Shown piece by piece: positions 49,702 to 61,552 of a stretch of DNA of 64,000 nucleotides; the first letter of the stretch is position 1, and each line of letters starts with the position of its first letter. The translations under genes and the position numbers were made by a program. Source of the DNA: Octopus sinensis (Eukaryota); NCBI RefSeq assembly GCF_006345805.1, contig NC_042998.1, forward strand, positions 194,494,001-194,558,000, given 5' to 3'. Below the pieces are notes generated by a model that was not told where the DNA came from, did no database searches, and saw nothing but the letters and a program-made list of their open reading frames with translations.

Positions 49702-49975
49702 GAAGAGATGAGGTACTCAGAAATCCAGTTGGTTTTATATTTACAGATATTTATTAGTATGATACAGGTTTTTATACATCATATATCATATATTAGTGCT
49801 TTGAAGACTCCACTTGAATGGACGAAAGCGCTAATATATGATATATGATATATGATGTATAAAAACATGTAACATACTAATAAATATCTGTAAATATAAA
49901 ACCATCCAGATTTCTGAGTACCTCATTTCTTCTAATATAAAATACCTGTACATCATCTCCAAACCTTCTAATATA
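49699..49975 (+). mobile_element. Microsatellite-flanked foldback centred on a minimal hammerhead-like core
   Basis: Arms 49699-49802 and 49825-49935; centre TGAAGA-ctcca-cttgaa-tggac-GAAA-GCGC-TA. Confidence 0.7.
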
Positions 49976-49978
49976 TAT

Positions 49979-50024
<46 letters not shown>

Positions 50025-51289
50025 TCAGTATTTGAATGTATTTCATACTACTGTTATAACCATAACCTAATTAAGAAATTATGTCCAATATATTTCTAGA
50101 TATGTGATCAATATTTGGATTTCTTTTGCAATATTCCATTTTCCAATATAACTCGAAGCTCATGCAGAACATGACAAGTTGAATAGAACTTGATTGTCTA
50201 CTTAGTATTTACAAAATTGGCAAAAAAAAAAAAAAAAAAAAAATTAGTGAAATTTTAAAAATACTCTTTTGTTAGTAATCATTGCTAAAAGTAATTGTGC
50301 TCTGGTAACTTCAGTAATTTCTGAGACATTAGACTGACACTCAAGCACTGGATAAAAATAGAACGATAGTGGTTGTGCACAATAGTTCTACAATGACAGT
50401 GCATTGGCAGGATGATAATGGTGATATCATAACCATTTTGTTTTAGGACTTAAACCAGTCTTCTCTTTTTAAGTCCTCTATGACACCACTTAGACAGAAT
50501 ACCACATCTCCTCCAAAATATATTCATATGTAAATATCAACAGCACTCATAGATTCATAAGTCCCTAGCAACTATCATCATTTTTCACTATTTCCGCCTG
50601 TAGCAAAATGTGCCCCAACATGAGATAGTTGCCTTCATAGTTTGAATCTATGTTATTAACCATGTCTCATGTTAGTTTCATCAACCGTACTCTTCTGTGC
50701 TTGCTTAGGATATATTGGAAGAGGGTATTAATCTTGAAGTTGTCCTTCTCTTAGACTGATTGCTTTCACCACAGCTAAGGGGTTTGATCTACTCTTACAA
50801 AAATCTATTAAACCCATAGATGGTACCCTCACAGGTCCTACCATTCTGGATCAGTATGGACTTGGGAATGATGGTAACTAAGGAGAAACTCCACACTCCC
50901 CACAACTCTACAACTCCCGAACTGCAGCTTCACCACCGGATGGATACAGTTTAATATCATACCCAGGACGTTAAACTGTCACACTTATGCTTTGCCTATT
51001 TGCACTGTAGCCATTATCAGAACTTACAGGAATAAAAAAACAGATTGGACAACAATGAAGCCACAACAATGCTCTGACTGAACTCCATATGACAAATCAC
51101 AGTATGTCAATGTGCAATATGATCCTCAAGAAAGAAGTATGGTATGTCTGGGGCACTGAACCTGTGGGTCTCACCTTATCATTAAACTGAACAGACCTAC
51201 ATAGAATGTCTTCCCATAGGTTAGTAACAACACTACCTGCTAGAAATAGCAGCCAAATCTTTTCTCAAAATCTTTTCTTAAAAAGGGAA

Positions 51290-51467
51290 TAATAATAATG
51301 ATAATAATAATAATAATGAAATTATTGTATATAGTGCTCAGGTGCACCACAACTTGTCAAAAGTGCGTATAAAGCATATGCAGTAATGTACAAATGTCTG
51401 GGAAGTGAACAGTGTATGGGTCAGATACATGCTTGCGTGTGTATGGAGGGGAGAAAATCAGGTGTAG
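51290..51467 (-). mobile_element. CR1/L2 3' stub
   Basis: (AAT)n followed by gaaattattgtat…. Confidence 0.85.
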
Positions 51468-52267
51468 TATATTAGATAACGTAGTGGAGCACCATCAAAG
51501 TAAAAAAAGACAGAATACTCACAGTTGGAATGCTTTTCTGGTTTGCTTGCGGTTAGGACAGCTAAACAATAAGCTTGCATATTATATTTTGCAGCATAGA
51601 TATTTGTCCAGCTTGTGTATATAGACATCCATAATGTTTCAGGGACGACTTTAGGCGTCAAAACCATAGTTTTAATATATATTGTATAATTACTTTTGGT
51701 TACTTTTTGTCAAAGCACCACTATCATAATGATCACCATTACTATTATTATTCTTTATTAACTAATTATGGTATTTTAATGAATTAATAGATTTAATTTT
51801 TAATCATGTCATGGATTTGTCTTCTGAGGATTTATATATATATATATTTTTATATACTTTTAATTAAATTTCTGAATTCCAATAGATATATCAAAACGCT
51901 TGATTAAAGAAAAACTATAAGATTCTAATTTCATATAAAAAGGAAGGTGAATGAACGAGAAGATGCTTAGCGGAATGATTGAATTGAAAGGGAGCACGTA
52001 AATATAGAGAAAAAAAAAGGGGAAAAGGTGAGGGTAAAAAAAAAAGGGATAAATATAGAAAGAACAAAAAAAGGAAGATATAAATGAATAAAACCGAGAA
52101 CGAAAAACAAGAAAAAGGTAATTGAAGTATTTATATACACATATATGTTCGAGAGAAAGCGGATATTTAGTAGAATATTCGAGACAAAAACTGTCAAATT
52201 GAGGTGGGCTGTAATAAACAATCTAAGTGGAAGTTAAGAAAAGAACAAAATGAATAAACTTGCTTAC

Positions 52268-52288
52268 TGGCCGCTTTTGACTGTCCAT
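52268..52288 (-). CDS. CCDC181: Probable first coding exon (MDSQKRP)
   Basis: aaagATGGACAGTCAAAAGCGGCCA|gtaagc in a CpG-bearing unique region just downstream of the X-box and forkhead motifs; phase 0. Confidence 0.6.
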
Positions 52289-52299
52289 CTTTAACATTG

Positions 52300-52326
52300 T
52301 CTCTCTCTCTCTCTCTCACGCGCGCG

Positions 52327-52372
<46 letters not shown>
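52300..52372. repeat. (CT)n/(GA)n microsatellite in the probable 5' UTR, with a CGCGCG core
   Basis: Direct sequence. Confidence 0.9.
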
Positions 52373-52376
<4 letters not shown>

Positions 52377-52392
52377 GATCAAATTTAATTAC

Positions 52393-52452
52393 TGTTTACA
52401 ATCCCGCTATTCACCGCCATTGTTGCATGTCAACAGACGTTGTCATGGAGAC
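52393..52452. promoter_or_regulatory. Ciliary-gene promoter module: forkhead TGTTTACA plus two RFX X-box-like motifs
   Basis: TGTTTACA at 52393-52400, GTTGCATGTCAAC at 52422-52434 and GTTGTCATGGAGAC at 52439-52452. Confidence 0.65.
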
Positions 52453-52794
52453 CATTTAAACATTATAACAAGTCGCTTATTTTACAGCTTAGTTTCGTAT
52501 CTATTAATCGCTCGCACTTTTTCTGTTTTTCTATTTGCGTTAGTTTCGCCCGATTAAACAGATAAGAAATTGGACAAAGAAGAAAGTGCAGAACAAATAA
52601 AAGATAAAAGATAAAATAATCGTTGGGTGGCTACAACTACCCTTTGTAGTATTTACATGTGAGAGATGTGAAAAACGAGCTATAGTGAAGACAAAAAACA
52701 AAAACAAAAAGCACTTAGAAATTTCCTGGTAGCCTCAGTGCTACTCAGCACTTTTGGAAGGGGATGGAACGGTGGGGGTCGCCAATCGACAGTT

Positions 52795-53200
52795 ACTCTT
52801 TTACTTGTTTCAGTCATTCGACTGTGGCCATGCTGGAGCACCGCCTTTAGTCGAGCAAATCGACCCCGGGACTTATTCTTTGTAAGCCCAGTACTTATTC
52901 TATCGGTCTCTTTTGCCGAACTGCTAAGTTACAGGGACATAAACACACCAGCATCGGTTGTCAAGCAATGCTAGGGAGACAAACACAGACACACAAACAC
53001 ACACACACACACACACACACTTATATACATATATATATATACGACGGGCTTCTTTCAGTTTCCGTCTACCAAATCCACTCACAAGGCTTTGGTCGTCCCA
53101 AGGCTATAGTAGAAGACACTTGCCCAAGGTGCCACAGAGTGGGACTGAACCCGGAACCATGTGGTTGGTAAGCAAGCTACTTACCACACAGCCACTCCAG
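52795..53200 (-). mobile_element. SINE family A
   Basis: Family match. Confidence 0.9.
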
Positions 53201-53416
53201 CGCCAGGAAAAGAATGTCCTGTAGTGCAAGCTGTGTGTAAAATAATACTTTTGTTTCTAACATAGCAACAAGGCCACAAATTTGGGAAGGAAGAGATGTA
53301 GGCGATTAAATCCACCTCAGTATTTGACTGGTTCTTTATTTGATCAAATTTAGGAGAATGAAAGGTAAATTGACCTCAGTGGGGTTTCAATTTGGAATGT
53401 AAAGAGCTGGAACATG

Positions 53417-54095
53417 ACCTGCTGTGCTTGAGGAGACCTGTTGAGTCAAGTACATCAACATCAAAATAAATATCAAATGGAAATTGTAGTTGTGATACCT
53501 GTGTTGGTGGCACGTAAAAAGCACCATCCAAACATGGCTGATGCCAGTGCTGCCTTGACTGGCTTCTGTGCCAGTGGCACGTAAAAAGCACCAACCGATC
53601 GTGGCCGCTGCCAGCCTCCCCTGGCACCTGTGCCAGTGGCACGTAAAAAGCACCATCTAAACATGGCTGATGCCAGTGTCGCCTTGACTGGCTATTGTGC
53701 CAGTGGTACGTAAAAAGCACCAACTGATCGTGGCCACTGCCAGCCTCCCCTGGCACCTGTGCCGGTGGCACGTAAAAAGCACCTTCTAAACATGGCTGAT
53801 GCCAGTGTCGCTTTGACTGGCTATTGTGCCAGTGGTACGTAAAAAGCACCAACTGATCGTGGCCACTGCCAGCCTCCCCTGGCACCTGTGCCGGTGGCAC
53901 GTAAAAAGCACCATCTGAACATGGCTGATGCCAGTGCCGCCTTGACTGGCTTCTGTGCCAGTGGCACGTAAAAAGCACCAACTGATCGTGGCCACTGCCA
54001 GCCTCCCCTGGCACCTGTGCCGGTGGCACGTAAAAAGCACCCACTACACTCACTGAGTGGTTGGCGTTAGGAAGGGCATCCAACTGTAGAAACTC
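53417..54095 (+). mobile_element. SINE family D with an expanded 129-bp tandem array
   Basis: Nine tgtgccRgtggcacgtaaaaagcacc repeats at alternating 67/62-bp spacing. Confidence 0.9.
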
Positions 54096-54157
54096 TGTAG
54101 AATCAGTAGGGTGACCAGCAGAATGCTTACTCAGTGGATTTGCAAAATTGGGACAAA

Positions 54158-54355
54158 ATCATCATCATCATCATCATCATCATCGTTTAACGTCCGTTTT
54201 CCGTGCCAGCATGGGTTGGATGGTTCGACCGGGGTCTGGGCAGCCAGGAGGCTGCACCAGGCTCCAATCTTGATCTGGCAGAGTTTCTACAGCTAGATGT
54301 CCTTCCTAATGCCAACTACTCAGTGAGTGTAGTGGGTGCTTTTTACTTGCCACCA
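54158..54355 (-). mobile_element. SINE family D
   Basis: Family match. Confidence 0.85.
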
Positions 54356-54503
54356 TAACTACTCTTGTATACTCCCAGAAAAATTCCACAATAAATTGAC
54401 AGTTATAGTCAGGGAGGTCAGGGATCATTTGTTGACTTGATAGTGCAAAGAAAGGACACTAAGTATATTTGTCTTTGCTTAACTAAATACTGCAAAGCAT
54501 TGT

Positions 54504-54886
54504 GGAGGCGCAATGGCCCAGTGGTTAGGGCAGCGGACTCGCGGTCGTAGGATCGCGGTTTCGATTCCCAGACTGGGCGTTGTGAGTGTTTATTGAGCGA
54601 AAACACCTAAAGCTCCACGCGGCTCCGGCAGGGGATGGTGGTGATCCCTGCTGTACTCTTTCACCACAACTTTCTCTCACTCTTTCTTCCTGTTTCTGTT
54701 GTACCTGTATTTCAAAGGGCCGGCCTTGTCACTCTCTGTGTCATGCTGAATATCCCCGAGAACTACGTTAAGGGTACACGTGTCTGTGGAGTGCTCAGCC
54801 ACTTACACGTTAATTTCACGAACAGGCTGTTCCGTTGATCGGATCAACCAGAACCCTCGTCGTCGGAACCGACGGAGTGCTTCCAT
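54504..54886 (+). mobile_element. SINE family B with ~13-bp TSD
   Basis: actgcaaagcatt / actgcaaggcatt flanks. Confidence 0.9.
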
Positions 54887-55204
54887 CCACTGCAAGGCAT
54901 TTTTCTACAAGTTTACCTGTTCCATGAACCCATTACATTTTTAGTGAGTGATGTTCAGTATTTAGGAGTGCGTGTTCTGTGATTTAACCTATGAAGAGTA
55001 TTCGTGACAGAATCCATTTCAGTATGCTTTTGATAAGCGTGTATAAAGAATGTCAGAAAGCCAGTTCAATTACAGCTGAACATTGTAAACTTTATTTAAA
55101 AAAAACGAGTGCTGGCAAATAGTAACAATAGTGACCCCTGACCTCCCTGACTAGTACTGCCAATTTATTGTGGAATTTTTCTGGGAGTATACAAGAGTAG
55201 TTAC

Positions 55205-55625
55205 TTTCATTTTACTCTTTTACTCTTTTACTTGTTTCAGTCATTTGACTGCGGCCATGCTGGAGCACCACCTTTAATCGAGCAACTCGACCCCGGGACT
55301 TATTCTTTGTAACGCCAGTACTTATTTTATCGGTCTCTTATGCCGAACCGCTAAGTGACGGGGACGTAAACACACCAGCATCGGTTGTCAAGCGATGGTG
55401 GGGGGGGGGACAAACACAGACACACAAACATATACACACACATATATATATATATATACATATATACGACAGGCTTCTTTCAGTTTCTGTCTACCAAATC
55501 CACTCACAAGGCATTAGTCGGCCCGAGGCTATAGCAGAAGACACTCGCCCAAGATGCCACGCAGTGGGACTGAACCTGGAACCATGTGGTTGGTTAGCAA
55601 GCTACTTACCACACAGCCACTCCTT
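55205..55625 (-). mobile_element. SINE family A
   Basis: Family match. Confidence 0.9.
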
Positions 55626-56387
55626 GAGTATTTTTACAAGACACTATCTTGTATGCTATATCCATCAGAAAGAGAGAGAGAGAGAGAGAGAGGAGGGTGG
55701 AGAAAGAAGTGACACCAGTTCTTGACTACTATTTTATCAACCTCAAAAGAATGAAAGACAAAAATTGATCTCATTGGGATTTTAAACTCATAATGCAGAG
55801 AGCCAGAACAAATACTATAAAACCTTCTAACTAGCACTTTAATGATTCTGTCAATTTGCACCTTATATTTAATGCATAATGTTTAATTAATCAACTTAGA
55901 TCTATAACGAGGAGAAAAAAATCATGTGTTTATTGATTAATTCTGGTTAAGAGAGGTAGGGGAAACAACTTTAAAGTCAATATTAATTAAAAATGAATGA
56001 AGGCACACGGTGGAGTGTGCTTTCATCTTTAGAATTACAGTGAAAACTTTAGATGTGCTTTTGTCTTATTAGAGTTATTCAATAGAGTCTCACTTTTGTA
56101 TGCCAGGTTCTTAATTTATGAATGAACAATGACAGGCATGGTTGCATTCATTTATGCTCTTAGTTCAAATTCCGCTGAAGTCAACTTTGCCTTTCACCGT
56201 ACCTACCTAGGGTTTGTGAAATAATCAGCAATTGAGGACTAAGTTCAGTCTAAGTTATACCTATCCTCACATTTCTTTTACTTGTTGCCCATGACCTTTG
56301 CAGGCTTTCTGAAACTTCTGAGCTTAATGCTGTTAATCTTCACTTTGCCAGTCAGAGTTCAACTAGGGTTACACAGCAACAGCTAGT

Positions 56388-56762
56388 GGAGGCGCAATGG
56401 CCCAGTGGTTAGGGCAGCGGACACGCGGTCGGAGGATTACGGTTTCGATTCCCAGGCTGGGCGTTGTGTGTGTTTATTGAGCGAAAACACCTAAAGCTCT
56501 ATGAGGCTCTGGCATGGGTGGTGGCGACCCCTGTTGTACTCTTTCACCCCAACTTTTTCTCACCCTTTTTTCCTGTCTCTTGTCCCTGACTTCCTACGCA
56601 ACCGCTGAGCCTGGATGCGCATTCATCCATCTGTCGATGCTCTCAGTGTAGGGGGTTGACCTGCTTTCTCTTCTGCGGGTCTTACGAATAGCAAAGGACC
56701 ATGTTTCGGACTTCTCCCACCATTGGGACGAAGACCGCTTCGCTCAACAAACAAACAAACAA
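56388..56762 (+). mobile_element. SINE family B subfamily with TSD
   Basis: acagcaacagcta on both sides; different 3' half with (AAAC)n tail. Confidence 0.85.
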
Positions 56763-56814
56763 ACAGCAACAGCTAAAAGCTTACCTAGAGTCAAAACAAC
56801 ATTAACAACTATGC

Positions 56815-57022
56815 CAGCTCCCTATGGCACCTGTGCCGGTGGCATGTAAAAAGCACCCACTACACTCATGGAGTGGTTGGCGTTAGGAAGGGCATTTAGC
56901 TGTAGAAACACTGCCAGATCAGATTGGAGTCTGGTGCAGCCTTCTGGCTTCCCAGACCCCAGTCGAACCGTCCAACCCATGCTAGCATGGAAAACGGATG
57001 TTAATCGATGATGATGATGATG
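56815..57022 (+). mobile_element. SINE family D
   Basis: Family match. Confidence 0.85.
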
Positions 57023-57453
57023 AACTGCTACCAACCATGCTAACACGGAAGAGTTAATAAGGGTGTTGCAGTTGTTTAACCCAGGGCAACCATAAAACTC
57101 CAGTATGACCTGTGGCATTCTCACTATGACATTCTCTTGTTTTAATTTTTGTTTTTCAAACAGTGTATCTAGGACTACATTTTCTGGTATGTTCTTTCTT
57201 TTTTAAGATCATTGAATTCTAATTGAGGAGAGTTTGTCTACTATTTTAGCATGTCCAGTGACCACATAAAGGCTTCTTTAATTTTTGTCGTTTCAAAATT
57301 CTGTTTTTTTTTCTGTCTTCATTATGCAGCAATTAACAATTATTTATGAAAATTGATCATGCAACAAAGAACACATATTACTCAGCTACATTATGAATTA
57401 TGCTGATAGAAAAAATTTATATCAATTCTTGTTTGTATTATACTAAAGTAGTT

Positions 57454-57840
57454 GGAGGCGCAATGGCCCAGTGGTTAGGGCAGCGGACTCGCGATCATAG
57501 GATCACGGTTTCGATTCCCAGACCGGGCGTTGTGAGTGTTTATTGAGCGAAAACACCTAAAAGCTCCACAAGGCTCTGGCAGGGGATGGTGGTGATCCCT
57601 GCTGTACTCTTTCACCACAACTTTCTCTCACTCTTACTTCCTGTTTCTGTTGTACCTGTATTTCAAAGGGCCGGCCTTGTCACTCTCTGTGTCATGCTGA
57701 ATATCCTCGAGAACTACGTTAGGGGTACACGTGTCTGTGGAGTGCTCAGCCACTTACACGTTAATTTCACGAGCAGGCTGTTCTGTTGATCGGATCAACC
57801 GGAACCCTCGTCGTCGTAACCGACGGAGTGCTTCCAAAAT
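57454..57840 (+). mobile_element. SINE family B with 11-bp TSD
   Basis: atactaaagta on both sides. Confidence 0.9.
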
Positions 57841-57974
57841 CCAATACTAAAGTATCACCTTTGTTATCTTTCTATTGATTCCTTGTTGATTTAATTATAT
57901 CAAATTTTTGCCTTAAACTTCAGCGATTTTTAGTATATGCCAAAAAATCTCAGTTAATTAAAATTCCCCTCTTA

Positions 57975-58366
57975 CTCTTACTCTTTTACTTGTTTCAGTC
58001 ATTTGACTGTGGCCATGCTGGAGCACCACCTTTAGTCGAGCAAATTGACCCCAGGATTTATTCTTTGTAAGCCTAGTACTTATTCTATTGGTCTCTTTTG
58101 CCGAACCGCTAAGTTACGGGGACGTAAACACACCAGCATCGGTTGTCAAGCAATGTTGGGGGGACAAACACAAACACACACATATATATACATATATATA
58201 TATATATATACTTTATTTAAAGCAGCAGAAAATTCAACAAAACCTGTTACTCTGAGTTTCCCGTTGCCGTTCATCGGACAGTAAATAAAGCATATTACTC
58301 TACCACTGGTATTTGAGTACTCTTTTTTCCACCTTGTTTCACATTTATGTGTTTACTCCAGTATAT

Positions 58367-58418
<52 letters not shown>

Positions 58419-58595
58419 CATACATATATGCGACGGGCTTCTTTCAGTTTCTGTCTACCAAATCCACTCACAAGGCTTTGGTTGGCCCGAGGCTATAGTA
58501 GAAGACACTTGCCCAAGGTGCCACGCAGTGGGACTGAACCCGGAACCATGTGATTCATAAGCAAGCTACTTACCACACAGCCACTCCTACGCCTA
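57975..58595 (-). mobile_element. SINE family A interrupted by a ~150-bp insert (58211-58360) in its central (TA)n
   Basis: 3' and 5' halves are separated by unique sequence between TA runs. Confidence 0.85.
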
Positions 58596-59116
58596 TCTTA
58601 GTTGAAAGAAAAAAAAAAACTGTCAGTAATTGTTAGCAACTTTCTTTGAGCATCACCAACAAGTACTAATATATTTTTATTTTCCTTCTCCAAGAGACAA
58701 ATGTCAATCATTTAAGGATTTTCTTGATTATGCCATCTAAAACACTGCACTATAAATCTCTTTATCTATTCATAGCACTGGGCCACTTGCATTATTTTCT
58801 TTAATATATTTTATTGCTTAATTATATTCATACATGTTGACATTGTTCAGTTTTAGGTCAGCCTTAATCCAACAAGATCTATGATCAAAGTTGTTCCAGA
58901 CCAAACCACTAATCTGTTTCTTTTTTCAGACACAGAGTATCTAGAACTACATTATCAATGTACCTTTTATTTTAGGGTGTAATTTGATGCACAATTGGCT
59001 GTAATTTCTGGAAGGCTAAGCAGCTGTGCAGAAGCTCCTTCATTAGTTCACTGTAGATACCAACTCAACCAATCTGGCTCCAAAAAGCTGCTGATATAAT
59101 TATGAGCAACATCAAA

Positions 59117-59637
59117 AACCCTTTAGATGCTTACAAAGAGAATACCCTCCATCAGGCATTTGCCATATTCTGAACGCCTTACTTCCCTGGGCATGGACAC
59201 ATTGAAACTCCGATGTCTGGCAGCTGACTTGGCAGACACCCATAAAATTATCAACCATCTCACAAACAATAACTCTGAGTACCTTTTCAAACTCCACCTG
59301 TCTAACACCCGTGGACATGTTTACAAAGTCAGAAACCACCACAGCTCCTTCCATGACTTTCGGAAACATTTTTTCATGCTAAGAGTTACTGAAGTATGGA
59401 ACAAACTGCTGGCATCAGTTGTTAGTTGCCGGAGCACAGCATCCTTCAAAACTTCCATGCTTCCCGAGATTCGCCAACACTACACCTGATTTTCTCCCTT
59501 CCATACACACACAAGCATGTATCTGACTCATACACTGTTCGCTTTCCAGACATTTGTATATTACTGCATATACTTTATACGCACTTTTGACAAGTTGTGG
59601 TGCACCTGAGTACTGTATACAATAATTTCATTATTTT
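59117..59637 (+). mobile_element. CR1/L2 3' fragment
   Basis: IRHLPYSERLTSLGMDTLKLR…WNKLL. Confidence 0.88.
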
Positions 59638-61552
59638 TTTTTTTAATGATCAATGAATGTTGACATGGCCTTAGAATGTGGTATGGTATAGCTATTCAGC
59701 ATGATATTAAGTATGTGATTAAAGTCAGGGCTAAAGAGAGAGAGGAGATCCTCTGGAAGGGTTTCAAAGACCAGCTGAAACACTGGCTCATTCAGGAAGA
59801 GATAGGCCCTACAGGGTAGGAAGATGTCACAGCACAGAGGGAGGTGGCAAGATTGAATCCAGGCCACCACAAACAACTTTGACAGGGCCAGAATAACTAA
59901 GGCAGATGAGAAGCTCCAAAGATGAAAAGAGTCATTGTCACAACCCCCATCTGACCAAAACCTATGTATTTGCACTTAGTGCACTAGAGTCTGTTGTTCA
60001 AGGATCAATTTACATAGTCCCTTGAGGGTGTGTCACTCTTCCACATAATCTTTCGACATAAAAACTGCCATCATCATCATCGTCGTCGTCATCACCATCG
60101 TCATTATCAATTAAAGTATATTTTTGATATTAGTGTTCATTAAGGTATCATTCCTGGTATCATTCCTCCATGTTGTGTTCCCTATAGTTTTCATAATTTG
60201 CAACAGTAATATATTGTTCATAATGAAAATTAAAGTAACATAAAAAGATGTCATCACTATGGGCAAAATCTTTTAGAGTGAACTGCTCGTAAACTGGAAA
60301 AACTACAAGGAACACAACATGGGGCATAGCATTAGATTCGATATCTTAAAGGAGCACAACAAATGCTCATGCTAAAAAGCATACTTTAATTGCATGCTTA
60401 ATGATGATGATGATGGCGGCGGTGGCAGTTTTTCATGTCCATACAACAACACAACCAAACACTGATTAAAGAAAACACATAACTTTGCAATCAAATTCAT
60501 ATTTCAAGAGTCTGCAAGTGTTTAAAGTAAGCAAGAAGATAAAGGTTTAAGTTAGTATGGTAGATACAGAAGAGTGTAATAAATAGCAAAAATAAAAGAA
60601 AGGAAATAACATTGAATCAATGAATGAAGAAATATTAAATAAAAATTTTTATAAAAATAAAAGAATTAAAAATAAAATGAACTAAATTTATGTTGTTAAC
60701 ATTCTTGAGTTACAAAAATATTTTGTCGGCTTTGTTGACTGACTAATGGGGAGGGAATGTGAAATTATGGTAGCTGCTGGGGTAAAACAAGTGTACATGC
60801 TTCAGTATATATCTATAAACAAGTAAATTTCCAGTTTCAAAGACCTTTGATCTTTGAACAAATTGTGTCCGGGGAATTAGGTTCCTTGGTGAACATGTTT
60901 AAGCCTGACAAGGCTTGTTGGTTTCCTGCTGGTCATTGCCAGTTGTTTAAATTTTTCGTTTACTTCTACAGTCTTTCCTTTTTGCCAATGGTTTAGTTAA
61001 AGACCTTTGAAAATCCTCCAAGTCTGATGAGATCAGTACAGTTGATGTTCAGGTTTAACTTCTGTCAGTCAATGTCTAAAAGAAGAATGTAGGTCATTCA
61101 ACTGAGAAAAGACAGAGAGAAAGTGGTTAGGTGGGTCGTGAGAATAGATATTTAAGAGTGTCATTGTGGTTTAGTGTTAGTTATATCAGCCCTGATTGAG
61201 TAGAGCTGTAATCAAAGACATTCCATCTGTGGCACAATCCCATCAAGTCAACATTACTTAGTGTACCTTCCCTTTTCTAAAATGGCAGGGTGTATCTGAG
61301 ATAGATTTTAGTGATGTTTCTACTAAACTGAGCAGCCATGTAGAGACTCTCAAGTTAATAGTTTTGTCTTTTTCTATGCGATTTTTTGTTAAGAACAGCT
61401 TTATCGCTAAAATAAGCTCATGGACCAATGAAGTGCTTCTACATGGGATTCGACCTGCTAAAAATAGTGAACCAGATTTTAAAAGTACACCAAAGCAGTA
61501 TTGTTTAGTGATGGAGAGAGAGAGAGAGACAGAGACAGACAGACAGACAGAT

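Noticed and set aside
53500-54042. CRISPR array
   Set aside because: Eukaryotic context, only two alternating spacer types, no cas genes, and the units are part of a dispersed SINE family.
53376-54083. 235-aa ORF with 43-aa repeats as a real protein
   Set aside because: Antisense to a SINE; open only because the tandem period is a multiple of 3.
59643-59975. 110-aa ORF as a host gene
   Set aside because: No recognisable domain or splice context; possibly a decayed LINE fragment.
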